From positions 199,764,001-199,828,000 of the forward strand of contig NC_042998.1 of NCBI RefSeq assembly GCF_006345805.1: 64,000 nucleotides of DNA. The letters are read 5' to 3'. Below the pieces are notes generated by a model. That model was not told the origin of the DNA. It saw only the letters and a list, made by a program, of their open reading frames with translations, and searched no databases. The position numbers and the translations under genes were made by a program. Within the stretch, counting starts at the first letter, position 1, and each line of letters opens with the position of its first letter. The DNA comes from Octopus sinensis (taxonomy: Eukaryota). Shown here piece by piece: positions 49,594-62,753 of this stretch.

Positions 49594-50872
49594 GGATGAT
49601 TGATGCGCCTGAATATAATAGTTTAATACCTAGTTGGTGTTTGTTGCATTACCGTGATTTGAGATTATAATGATAAACGTATTATAATAGTTCTAATCAT
49701 ACTGTTATCTTTACATTGCAGTTAGATAAAGAGATGAGAAGCAAGCGGCCTTCTGAAAGAAACACATTTGAGAAAGAATTGTTAAACTAGAATATATTTT
49801 TGGAGATTTAATTTCCATTAAAAACTCCCTTTTCAACTCATTGTGAATTTGAGTAAGAACCGTTTATTTTTCTTTCTCTATACTTCCATTTAATTTCAGA
49901 ATATGAAATTGAAATTGAACCTAGAACAAAATATTTATTTACCAGAAGTTGTGACACTTTAGAAGTGATCATTATTACTTTTATATTTGAGCATTATATA
50001 AGACGATCATTTAATATTTAAGATATCTTTTAAGATAATTTTTTTTTATATATTTCAAAACGGTCCTCTCTTGTCTTAATCAAGGAAAATCCGTGAAACA
50101 TTCAGCTCATGAGATGATTACTTTCGCAATTATAAAAGACGGTCTTGAAATTTCAACGCCGAAATCAATACGATACCATATGTCACACAATTTTTTATGA
50201 GACATTCAATGTACTTATGTGCAACGGTAATGTGTTATATTTTATAAATTCTTTTTACTTCAAAATTACCAAAGCTTTAATATAAATTATGTCTGTATAT
50301 ATATCTTAATCAATAGTCAGTACGTGTGTGGTATTTATATTGGTGTTTTTTTTATATTTTTCATCTTATTCTATTAGGGACTTCAAAAGATATTTAATGC
50401 TTCTTATCAGATTTGTCTCAAAACTAATAGTTACATAATCTTCAAACTACAATATTACTTATATCACTGCTGTTTTCTGTGGTCATGAAATAAATATTGT
50501 CTCACGTATATAATACGTTCTACAGATTTGCATCACTGTAAACACATTTTTATGATACTAAACCTAATAGTTGTATAATATTACAATATTACAATATCTT
50601 GTTTTACTAGATTTGTATCTATGTATTTAGTTGAAAGACAGAGAGAAAGCTAGGTAGCTAGATACATATATAAGCGCGAGCGTTGCTGTATGGTAAAAAG
50701 TTTTATTCTAAACTACATGGTCCCGAGGTTCGATGTATCACTGCGTAGCAGATTACTCGTCCTCTACTATAGCACCAGGCTGATCGAAGCAATGGGTGTG
50801 GATTTGGAAGCTTGTTGTATTGATATATATGTATGTATGTACATACACACACACACTCATATATATATATAT

Positions 50873-50915
<43 letters not shown>

Positions 50916-50919
50916 GATA

Positions 50920-51115
50920 ACTCGTGTGTACCGTTGGCGATTTTTTTCCTCTGTCTTCCCTTCTCGGGATCTTTCCTTCTCCTATGTTTCCGACGAAGAG
51001 CCCCGCTCGAAGCGTTAAACCCTCCTTCTTTCCTGAGCGTCCAATAATACTATATTTGTTCCACATCCTCGCGTTGTTGTGTTTCTTTGTGCTTTCTTGT
51101 TTGGATTAACTTTAT
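50920..51115 (+). mobile_element. pLTR-like repeat with CCGACGA hammerhead-like variant (50986-51020)
   Basis: Reverse-complement homolog of 57725-57895. GUUU-CCGACGA-A-GAGC-ccc-GCUC-GAAG-CG-UU-AAAC. Confidence 0.6.
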
Positions 51116-53639
51116 ATATATATATATATTACGATTTTGTCCTGAAATCACGTTTTCAAAACTTAATTCTCCCCGTTCCCACCGCAATTTCTTAATTTGT
51201 AACTGTTTTTCAAATTTAAAAAATTTTTATCCTCGTAGAAAAATACCGAGATTACGGATCTGGGAAATATATTTTTTCTTAAAGAAGCACTCAATGCACT
51301 TTCCAATTCCCTACCGGCTTTCAAAAAGCTAAAATCTCCCAATATTTTACTTTCGTCAGATGTTTCACGCATTGTACTGAAATAGCAGACATAAAAAATA
51401 CCAGACCACCACGAGAAAACCCGACATGCTAAAAACAAGTAAACGACATTATTTCTGAAGAAACTTCCTCGCTTTTTAAAAAGGCTAAAAGTGAAACATT
51501 TAGTTCGTAGATTCTTGAAAGTGGTGAGGTGATGGGTGGATGATTGGAAAGGAGAGTTTAGTGTTTCTTTAAGAAAAAAGGAAGAAGAAAATTCTTAGAT
51601 TCGTAATCTCTTTTTTTCTTCTCTGCGGATTACCAAGAAAAAGTTTTGGTAAAAAGTAAAAATCGAAGAAATTGGGGTAGGGAGGTAGAAAATTAAAATA
51701 GTGAGAATGTGTTTTTTGGGCGAAATCCTAATTTCCTGCATAGAAAACATTGGAATCGGAGGAAATTTATCTGAACAAAGAATGGGGTGGGAAAGTTCAC
51801 TCGGACATGCTAGAAGCAACAGGTAAAGGACATCATTTCTGGAAAAACTTCCTTTTAAGTATATATCGAAGATCATGTTTTTAAATACATGTAAATCAAG
51901 GTTTACATCTTAAAAAGTTAGCTTCTGTAGTGCTATTTTTCGAATGTAGGGCTATTTTCGAATGGGACAGAAAGATTTTAGAAAAAAAACCATAGTGAGC
52001 ATCCGTGTACTATCAACGGGTGGTCAAAAAATACCGGCGGCTATGAGAAGAGCATCATCGCTGTATAGACATCCGGATAGTCTAACGAAGTGTTGATAAT
52101 ATTATGGAGAAGAACCAGATGAACCAGGTCGAGTGCTAAATCTATCATATACATAATTTGTGACCAGTTTCTTACAATACAAAGACCCTGATTTAAAAAT
52201 ACAACGAATCAACATTAGATATCCTTATTTCTCTATTTCCACTGTAGTATTTATTCCTCATATTGATAGAATACAACAAATTTTAGAGGAGCTGAAATTT
52301 ATGCAGACTTTACCAAATTATCCGAAGTTTAAACTTGTAAACAAATGAGATTTTGAATTCATATTAAATATTCATTACCGCTAAATGGATGATTCTTTCG
52401 TTTACATTCATCACGAGAAATTCATTCTGCTGCAGTGTATTAAAAGCAATATAAGTTAAGTAGAGGACTACATTCTTGTTACGGAAAACCCTACAAAGAA
52501 ACATTAAATGTAATGAAATTATTCAATAGGTAACGGAATATGTGTCAGACATTGTGCTTGCTGGAGCCTCACAAACATTTTACAAATATGTGTCACGTAC
52601 AGGAATGAAAAAATGCTTCAGCAGATAAGTGAAGCACAATTGCGAAAGGGCAATCTTGGAGATTAACTGGAACTCTACACGACCGTGGACACAGACACAT
52701 ACATGGAAAAACAAAGTCTCACTCTCTCACATATGTTCTCATACATACACACTATATGAACCACATGAATTTTTATCGGTTTTGTACTCTTATGGATATG
52801 AAAAAAATCAATCAGTTCGCCTATGACATTACATAATTTACTGTATTGCTCAGGGACAGCAGAGATCAACGTGATCGAATGATATAAAGAAAATGATACA
52901 AAGAAACAACTGCTCAATTTTCCCTTTCGTTAATTCCAGTGATACTGTTTGCATTCTAAATATATTTAGTAAATTATAAAAACCTTCGTAGATAATCTAG
53001 AAATGATATATGTAAATTAACAAAGCATGGTTAGATGACCTCCGTCGTTTAATTATTAAGGACAATAACTACAGAAAATCTTTTCATGTTTTTACCATTT
53101 CCGAGACTATGATTAATGTATTTTTTATTTAATAATTAGAAAAAAAAGAAAGAAAAAAACAGGATTTATTCATCATACAGATGTTATTATCTAGTTAGTT
53201 TATAATCTCTATAACAGTACATTGCTTTCTTCTTCCACGTAAGTCGCTTTAGGAAAGTTACAATTATCATCATTTTTATTATCAATATGGTCATCAACAA
53301 CTATGTTGTAGTCGTCATCGTCATCATCAATGCTGTTTTCATGATCGCCATTTTTTCTCTGTTCTCGTAATTTTGCCAAGCCGCCATGAATACAACACTT
53401 CTAACTTGACATGATTCCAGAAAGTACATTTATATATTCTATTTATTTTTTCTATAGATTGAAAAATGACCGTAGTAAGACATTTGCTTTTGAAGAGTAA
53501 GCTCTTTTGTGAAATGATAGATAGATGGGTAAAAATCGAGATAGTTATATGGATATATAGATGAAGAAATGAATAAATATGTAGATGAGAGTTAACTAAA
53601 TAAATAAAGAGATGGATTGATAGATGGTTAGATGGACAG

Positions 53640-53734
53640 GGAAACAGACAGACAAACAGATAAATAGATAGATAGATATATAGATAGATAGATGGATAGA
53701 TGGATAGATAGATATATAGATAGATAGAAAAATG

Positions 53735-53809
<75 letters not shown>

Positions 53810-53822
53810 GGATGGATAAATA
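53640..53822. repeat. (GATA)n microsatellite
   Basis: Directly visible. Confidence 0.95.
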
Positions 53823-53999
53823 GATATGTGTGGCTAAATATTTAATGAATATATGTTCAACGATGTAATTTGCTGAAACATTTTTGATCATTATATAACG
53901 TTACTTTTTCCAACAACAACAACAACAACAACAACAGCAGCAGCTGTCACATGAGCAGAAAACCATATTATGAGGAGTAAAAGGAGAATGCTTGCCGAT

Positions 54000-55085
54000 T
54001 ATTTGATAAATAGTGAGGAAGATCTACTGCAATATACCGGGACCCATCAGATAGGATCCGTAGCTTCTGGCTGAAGAGATGCCACGCGGTGCATGAAAGA
54101 ATAATAGCCTAATTGAATGAGTGTTTCCAGAAAAGGTACAGTCCCCGCGTGGATGGTGATTGGGAGGACAAAATATAGAAGAAATGGGAATATTTTGGGA
54201 AACTATCATTCCATAGGATGCCTAAACATAATCTGGAAGATATTCACTGGAATATGGGCGACAAAGACATACACTTTCCTGGCACAAGAAGAAATACTAC
54301 CAAAGAAAAAAAGGATGTATGAAGAGTTCTCAGCATCACCTGATCCTCGAGGCATTGTAAAAAAGATCATACAAACATGTTCATGGCTTGGATTGACATT
54401 AAGAAGGCATATGATATGATACCTCAATCTTGGATCGTTCAATGCCTACAGTTGTTTGGTGTTGCTGATAACATCACAAATATTCTGCTGCATAAAACTA
54501 AAGAGTGGAAGCGAAATTGTACTCAAGTAACGTATTCCTCGGAGAAGTTAATATTAAAAGGGGAATCTTCCAAGGTGACTCATTTTCTCCGTTACTTTTT
54601 TGTAATTGTATTAATACCCATAAAAATGACATTTAGGTAAGTTAAGAGGGGTTACCGATGTAGGAAGAAAGGCCCTTCACTGAACCATCTTCTGTTTATG
54701 GATTATCTGGAATTGTTTGGGATATCTGAAAAATAGATTTCTTAACCAAATCGGTCCAGAGGTGTGCTAGGGACATCGGCATGAAATTTGGGATTACCAA
54801 ATCTTCAGTACTCAATATGAAAAGAGGGAAGGAAACAGCCCGCAGAAGATTTCGGCTACCATCAGGGGGACCATGGGTAACCCGACAGTAGTGGGTATAG
54901 ATATTTAGGGTTATTTGGAGAAAGTCATGTCAGCGAGGCGTATCAAAAAGGGTGAAGATGGTGTTGAAATCTAACCTGAATGCCAAAAATTTTATTACCG
55001 CAATGAATATCTGGGCACTTTCGGTGGTTAGATATAGTGCGTCCATCCTCAAATGGACTAAGGAAGAAATATCAACACTGGGCCA
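54000..55085 (+). mobile_element. R4/Dong RT fragment, second lineage, decayed
   Basis: SFWLKRCHAVHERI; NYHSIGCLNIIWKIFTGI; AWIDIKKAYDMIPQSWI; FQGDSFSPLLF; LNHLLFMDYLELFG; LKSNLNAKNFITAMNIWALSVVRYSA..LKWTKEE. Confidence 0.85.
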
Positions 55086-56644
55086 TTGCGCCTCCACTGT
55101 TGCTGTTGTTGTCGGTGTTGCGGTGACACTTGAGTGTAGTTCTTGAGCGGCATTTGTTGCTGTTGCTTCAAACTTTGGCGTTTTTTCTTTAGTACCTACT
55201 GTTGATTCGGAGGTTGCTACTGCTGTTATGGCTATTTTCTCTGCCAATGTTTTTAATGTTGAAGCTGTCATTATTACTGTTGCCTCTGTTATGTCTGTAT
55301 TATAATGTTGGTGCTGCTGCTTTTTTCGTTGGTGTTGTTAGGGCTGTGCTGATAGCGTCGGTAACAGTGAGTCTCTATCTTGTGTCTTGTGCTGAAAATA
55401 GAATGCGGTTTGTCGGTTTATGTCACTAAACGTCTCTTCTTTTTTTTGCATCAATCGCAACAAAGGTTTCAAGCTATATGGATGACTAATCCTATCCAGA
55501 TGTCTTCCATACGTTTTCGATCCGTTTTCGATCAGTAGCTTCAATCCTCTGCTCAACCAATTATACTTCTGCAGCCTGAGAACCTGCAATATGTTCTTTC
55601 TTTTTGTAATCTACGTCGTTAACAAAACGGCCCTTACTAGATACCACATGTCTACTTCAAGTAATACATCTTTCAAAATTATTTGTCTCTCTGTCCATCC
55701 GTGATAGACCGGTAGAAGAATCATTTCGTTACTTTTTCGTGGTGTTCTGAAGTGCTCTATGACTTCTTCCTTGATCGGAAATAACACATTTATTGTCCAA
55801 CTCTCTTTTCCCTAGTGACGCGTATTTTGTGTTCCAAATTAGATTGTGAATCTTTTGAAACTTGTTCTGTCGCTCATTCCACATTTCTTGAGTTAGGTCC
55901 TATACATCTATATATGATAGTTTTTATTGGATTTTCTATTGTATGTTTAACGATACTCTACTTCCAAATCTGCTTCGCAACTGCTTTCCATTTACTAAAT
56001 CCTGCGAAGTAACAACACTGTTGCGAGAGCCGAAAACACACCACCAAAACGTTCAACTCTTGGGTATTTTGTTACAATGTTTTCCATATAGATTATATTA
56101 GTGCTAATGTACGTGGCCACGAAGGTGGAGGTTGTTGTGGTACTATGTTTGGAAGGTTTGTTGTTACTCTGAAACTATTTCGACGTTTTCATTTGAAATA
56201 TTTTAATATTACTTTGCTTTTGTCATGGAGTTAATTGCTGCTTATTGCAGTGGGGCTGGTGATTGCGGTAATGTTGGTGTCACTGTCGCATTCGATTCTT
56301 TCAATTTAGCTGTCATTGTTGTTGCAATCAATTTCTTCCCGCACTTTTAGTAGAAGTGACACTATGCTGTACAGTGGGGGACGTAACGTTAAAAGTACCG
56401 TCCAATTGTTGTTCACATACCTCTGATATCCTATCAGATATTTCGACGTCATTCTTTGATTGTCTTTGCTAAAATGTGAAATTTCTAGAAAAACATTACA
56501 TATTGCGAAACAGGACAGAAATTTAAGGCCATCAGGATTTACATTCAGACTTATTAACTGCATAGAAGAGAAAATTCTAAATAAAGCCCCTCCCGATTAA
56601 AACAAACAGAACTGTAGGGTTGACTTGACGATGTCTAAAATAAG

Positions 56645-56843
<199 letters not shown>

Positions 56844-56848
56844 TTAAT

Positions 56849-57351
56849 GCCCTGATGCAGTACCAGGCAGTGACTCTCGTCGCTTCTGATCTTAACTGAT
56901 TGGCAGTGTTATCATGTACATTGTTTTGTCTTGGTATAAATGATGGGCTACAGTAAATATTCTGCTCAATACCATAAATTTGCTTGTCAGTTGTTTGACC
57001 TTAAGCAGTTGAGCATGTCCCTTAGCGGCTGATGATATGTGCATCTCTGATCACGAGCAGAAGTAGTGGGGGAGCATCATAGGCACGTGTTGAGAGAGAT
57101 TGTTTGGGGTTTGAATAATTCACCTGTGGAAACATGGGTGTTTTGTTCAACATCTTTAAAGAATCCTAGTTTAGGGACCTTTTGTGTAGCAACTTGAAGA
57201 ATATTCTTACTTGCCTCCCGCCTAAAAGTTCATGCGTTGTTTTTTCTTGATATGAGATTACCACGTCGCGCACATATAGTTGTGATGCATGTGCCCCTTG
57301 TAACCTTATCATATGAGTGTACCTTTGGTGACATGTGTTATTCTCTCACTC
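56849..57351 (+). mobile_element. Third, more diverged copy of element X
   Basis: Same 5' start after (AAT)n and same CTCTCACTC 3' end as 2814-3365. Confidence 0.8.
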
Positions 57352-57673
57352 AGAAATAATGATACAATAATGCAAAAATGAAAACAACACGAGTTCATGT
57401 GGTTTGGTATATATCCAATTTTTATTTTTCTTATGTTGATGTTTTGTAGCAGAAGCTCTTATTACTTAAGGATTAAATGTTAATTTGGAAACACGCTGCG
57501 AATAGCTCTATTTCACAGCAACATACTTCGGCCAACACAAAACTGTTCATTGGCACATGCAACCATGGAAACATTTATATATACATAATTACATACATAC
57601 ATGCATACTGTATATATACACACATATATATATATATATAGTAGCACAAATACTCATGCAGAGAAGACTCCCC

Positions 57674-57724
<51 letters not shown>

Positions 57725-57729
<5 letters not shown>

Positions 57730-57895
57730 GTTTATCCAAACAAGAAAGCACAAAAAACACAACAACGCGAGTACGTGGAACAAATATAGTATTATTGGAC
57801 GCTCAGGAAAGAAGGAAAGAAGGAGGGTTTAACGTTTCGAGCGGAGCTCTTCGTCGGAAACATAGGAGAAGGAAAGATCCAGAGAAGAGAAGACA
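57725..57895 (-). mobile_element. pLTR-like repeat with CCGACGA hammerhead-like variant (57827-57861)
   Basis: Minus strand GUUU-CCGACGA-A-GAGC-ucc-GCUC-GAAA-CG-UU-AAAC. Confidence 0.65.
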
Positions 57896-58433
57896 TATAT
57901 ATAAATATGTGTGTGTGTGTGTGTGTGTGTATATTTCTACACAAACGTAGATGCATACCTGTACGTATGTATGTATGTATTTATGTATATGCTCATCTAT
58001 TATGATTTCCATTTTCTTCTAAACCACGAGAATTCTTTACACATATCAATCTTCAGAAGTACCACGGGTATATGTGAATATGTAAATAAATAATCATATC
58101 TTCAGTATTTTTTTAACATGTTTTTAAATAATAATAATCCTTTGTGAAAAAAGCAAAATCCAAGGATTATCTTACTGAAGGAAAATATTCTATATCTTGA
58201 AGGGATATATTCCATTACATCACTTATACATCATTTTAGCCGTCTCAATCGCTTGATTGGAATTTGAACTGACTATCTTTATAACTAGACCAAACATCGC
58301 AATGATTTCGGCCCATTTGTCTTAAAAATATGCCAGTCAACGACCCCTATGTTAATAGTAGTTATAGTAGGAGAGTTTAATCGACTACAACAGCCTCAAT
58401 GGTAAGTAATCAAACGTTATATTTAATTCAAAT

Positions 58434-59638
58434 TTAATCATCAATGGACTTCCTCTGATTATCTATGACTTCCTTCCATCTATTTGCAAGATTTTTAACC
58501 CCATCAATGTAAAGCCCTTTTGGTTTCAAAGCGATGAACTCTGAAATGTCAGTTTCGACCTCCTCCTGGCTTGCGAAAGTTATGTCCCTCAAACGATTCT
58601 GTAAACTACAAAACAAATGGTAGTCTGAAGGAGCAAAGTCGGGAGAATAAGGTGGTTGAGGATTTTTTTCCCAACCAAGACCTTCGATCTTCTGTGATGT
58701 GATCTTTGCAGTGTGGGGTCACGCATTGTCCTGATGAAACATCACTCCTTTTCGACTGACTAATGCGGGTCCTTTTTATCTTCAAAGCTTGGTCCAAACG
58801 CTCTAATTGCTGACAGTACACTTGAGCATGGATTGTTGCATTAGGTGGTAATTATTCAAAATGAATTACTCCTTTGCAATCCCAACAGATCGAGAGAAGA
58901 ATCTTTCTTCCATGAAGTTCCCTTCTCGGTTGTAGTTGAGCTTTTTCACTTCTACTAGGCCACTCTTTACGACGTTTAACATTTCGACAGAAGGTCCATT
59001 TTTCACGAGTCACATGACAATCCTAAAAGGGTGAAACGAGTTCTCGAGAACGGAGAGAAGAGCAGACGTCAACTCGGGATTTTCAGTTGCTTGCGGACAA
59101 TTCATGAGGCACCCATTTTCCATGTTTAGGAACCTTTCCAAGTTGTTGAAGATGACGATGAACAGTTGTATGGTTTGAACTAAGCTTTACTACGAATTGT
59201 TCAACTGATAATGCAGGATTTTCTTCAAGTAATGCCTCAAAGAGCTTATCATCCGACTCAACTGGACGTCCTGTTCGATGTTCATCTTCACGGCTGAAAT
59301 CTCCACGTCTGAATTTTGTAAAGCATTTTCTCTCATTCAAGAATTGTTTCCCATAAACTGTGTGTATGTTTCGAGTGTATCGTTCGTCTGCAGACTTTCC
59401 TTCCGGTACTCATAAAGCCTTATGTGCCTTAAATGCTCTTTGGGCACTTCCATGTTAGAAAGGCTTTTAATCAAGGAAATTTTAATTCTATTACTCTATA
59501 AAATAATATTTAATTATTTTAAATGTACAGAAATGCATAAAAATAATTTTTAATTCCATTAGACATTCTGAAATAATATAAAATTTCATTCAATTTTAAA
59601 AAAGATGAAATCGGACAGAACTTATGAGATGACCTGAC
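58434..59638 (-). mobile_element. Mariner element, near full-length transposase pseudogene with 5' TIR
   Basis: ATG at 59453-59451 (MEVPKEHLRHIRLYEY), GRP..., WVPHEL, YSPDFAPSDYHLF region, RWKEVID. TIR-like GGTCATCTCATAAGTTCTGTCCGA at ~59611-59634. Frameshifts and stops; no 3' TIR found. Confidence 0.9.
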
Positions 59639-60134
59639 AAAAGTAACACTTTTATCATAAGTCTATACCTTCCCACAGAACGTACAGATTTAAGGGACGC
59701 CAGTACAAGAAAACGTTTTTTCTGTTATCGATACTTGGAAGGATGAAATGAAAAGATGGCTGAGAATGTATTGGTGGGCAGAAATGAAAAGTTACTTCAG
59801 ATAATACCATATTGTGTGTAATCTCCAAATCCACCAATTCTATTGAACCACCACCGTTAAATAATGAAGAAATAATGCTAATATCAAAAATAATACCGAT
59901 AATCATAAAGATAAAAATAATACCAACAACAATGGCTCCTTACATGAGTCATTATCCACTCATTAAAACGCAGTAGAAAATTACAGAGGATGTTTATTGA
60001 CATAAGAATTTGGCAGTTGTTTAAATGCTTTTACGAGCAGAGAATACCGAAAATCGTACGGATCTGCTATAGAAACCACTCAGGTTTTTGTCGTGTACAC
60101 TATCAAATTGGTCATCAAAAGGTATAATAATACT

Positions 60135-60158
60135 GATAATAATAATCCTGATGATGAT

Positions 60159-60191
<33 letters not shown>

Positions 60192-60202
60192 GATAATACT
60201 AC

Positions 60203-60236
<34 letters not shown>

Positions 60237-60300
60237 TATAATAATGATAATAATAATGATACAACAATAGTAAATGTAATACTGGCGATAATGATAATAA
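60135..60300. repeat. Degenerate (AAT)n/(GAT)n tract
   Basis: Directly visible. Confidence 0.9.
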
Positions 60301-60609
60301 ACCAACGGCATAATAATTATTTAATGTGTTCCTTGTCTAGATTTGCTTATAATATATTAATGCATTTCTTCTTAGATGTTGAAATCGTTTACAATGAGAG
60401 AAATTCACTCGATCGATCGGAGGAAATCATTGAAAGATGAAAGAATCGAACAGCAAAAAAATATTAATTCCGTGATAATTAATTACTTCATTGACGTAAA
60501 CGAAGAATTTGTTGGGGAGAAGAAAAGGAAAAAAAACATACTAAAACATTTTCAAGCACAACTAACTTCCATACACAGCAGATAAAATACGCTCATACGT
60601 GTGTATACA

Positions 60610-60680
<71 letters not shown>

Positions 60681-60697
60681 ATATATATATATATATA

Positions 60698-60750
<53 letters not shown>

Positions 60751-60802
60751 CCCTCTTTATCCCTCTCTCTCTCTATATGTATATACATGTGTTATGTGTA
60801 TG

Positions 60803-60835
<33 letters not shown>

Positions 60836-60851
60836 TCATATATGTATATAT

Positions 60852-61108
60852 AAGAATCCCGTCGTATATATGTATATATGTATGTATGTGCGTGTATATA
60901 TTTGTGTGTCTTTGTTTCTCCCCCCACAATCGCTTTGACAATCGATGCTGGTGTGTTTACGTCCCCGTAACTTAGCGGTTTGGCAAAAAAGACGCATAGA
61001 ATAAGTACTAGGCTTCCAAAGAATAAGTGCTGGGGTCGATTTGCTCGACTGAAGGCGGTGCCCCAGCATGGCCGCAGTCAAATGACTGAAACAAGTAATA
61101 GAGTAAAA

Positions 61109-61141
<33 letters not shown>

Positions 61142-61535
61142 CGCAGGAGTGGCTGTGTGGTAAGTAGCTTGCTAACCAACCACATGGTTCCGGGTTCAGT
61201 CCCACTGCGTGGCATCTTGGGCAGGTGTCTTCTGCTATAGCCCCGGGTCGACCAATGACTTGTGAGTGGATTTGGTAGACGGAAACTGAAAGAAGCCTGT
61301 CGTATTATATATATATTATATATATGTCTGTGTGTTTGTGTATGTCCCCCTAGCATTGCTTGACAACCGATTCTGGTGTGTTTACGTCCCTGTCACTTAG
61401 CAGTTCGGCAAAAAGCGACCAATAGAATAAGTACTGGGCTTACAAAGAATAAGTCCCGGGGTCGATTTGCTCGACTAAAAGGCGGTGCTCCAGCATGGCC
61501 ACAGTCAAATGACTGAAACAAGTAAAAAGAGAAAA
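60852..61535 (+). mobile_element. SINE family C: 3' half (60852-61110) followed by a full copy (61140-61535)
   Basis: Homology to other family C copies. Confidence 0.88.
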
Positions 61536-61556
61536 GAAAGATATATATATATATAT

Positions 61557-62122
61557 ATGATGGCCGTCCACTCTCTGATCGTGGAAGAAAATTGCTCACC
61601 TTTAGGAACATTGTGCCCTCTAGGACTAATTGATATTTTGCTTTTGCAGCTCTGTTGGTGGTTGATGAGTCTTGCTCTTGACGGGCATACAGGACTACAA
61701 ACATTGCAAACCAAACTTTCTCTATTCAATACGCTAGCAGCGCGGTTTGGAGAAGCACGCGTCAATTCTTCATGCACAATGCGTGCTCTCTCAAAGGTGT
61801 CGATCCCTTCCTTAACAAGCCTCCTCCATCTGTAGGCCTCCTGCATATCACTGGCCTTTAATTAGGACTTGACAGAGTCCGTAAATAGGAGCCTTGTATT
61901 CTGTCGAGGTCTCTTTCCACTAACAATTTTCCCATATAGATTCTGTTTAGGGACCTTGCTTTCCTTCATTGTAAAAAGCTGTCCAGTCCAGCCTAACCTG
62001 TGCTTGTGCACCATCGCCTCAATACTCAAGACATCAGCTTTCCTCAGGACCTGCGTGTCTGGAGTTTTTAAGCTTCGGCTAACATGCAGAGTGTGTCTCA
62101 GACATCTCTGATGAAATTGCTC
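61557..62122 (-). mobile_element. RTE-clade LINE 3' fragment with (AT)n tail
   Basis: [10 protein letters not shown]...SIEAMVHKHRLGW.G...SKVPKQNLYG...GKRPR..TRL.F.D; RWRRLVKEG..FE...; C.VC...C.SR..L..HQ..C terminal zinc motif. Confidence 0.85.
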
Positions 62123-62124
62123 TT

Positions 62125-62403
<279 letters not shown>

Positions 62404-62409
62404 AGCATT

Positions 62410-62750
62410 GTGAAGGCGCATGGCTCAGTGGTTAGAGCGTCGAGTCTTACGATCGTGAGTTTTGAGCTCGAATCCCGGACCGTGCTGCGTGTTTGTTCTT
62501 GAGCAAACACTTTATTTCACGTTGCTCCAGTTCACTCAGCTGTAAAATGAGTTGCGACGTCACTGGTTCCAAGCTGTATCGACCTTTGTCTTTTCCTTGG
62601 ATAACACTGTGGCGTGGAGAGGGGAGGCTGGTATGCATGGGCGACTGCTGGCCTTCCATAAACAACCTTGCCCAGGACTTGTGTCTAGGAGGGTAACTTC
62701 TAGGTGCAATCCCATGGTCATTCATGACCGAAGGGGTGTCTTTACCCCTT
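62410..62750 (+). mobile_element. SINE family B, full length
   Basis: Homology to 7472-7808 and 29272-29605. Confidence 0.9.
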
Positions 62751-62753
62751 ATA

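Noticed and set aside
54068-54110. CTGAAGA-G-ATGC...GCAT-GAAA hammerhead look-alike
   Set aside because: Stem III does not pair, stem I is out of register, and the segment encodes the R4 RT motif FWLKRCHAVHERI.
55400-56050. Possible retroelement ORF remnant on the minus strand
   Set aside because: No recognisable RT, integrase or endonuclease motif could be read with confidence.
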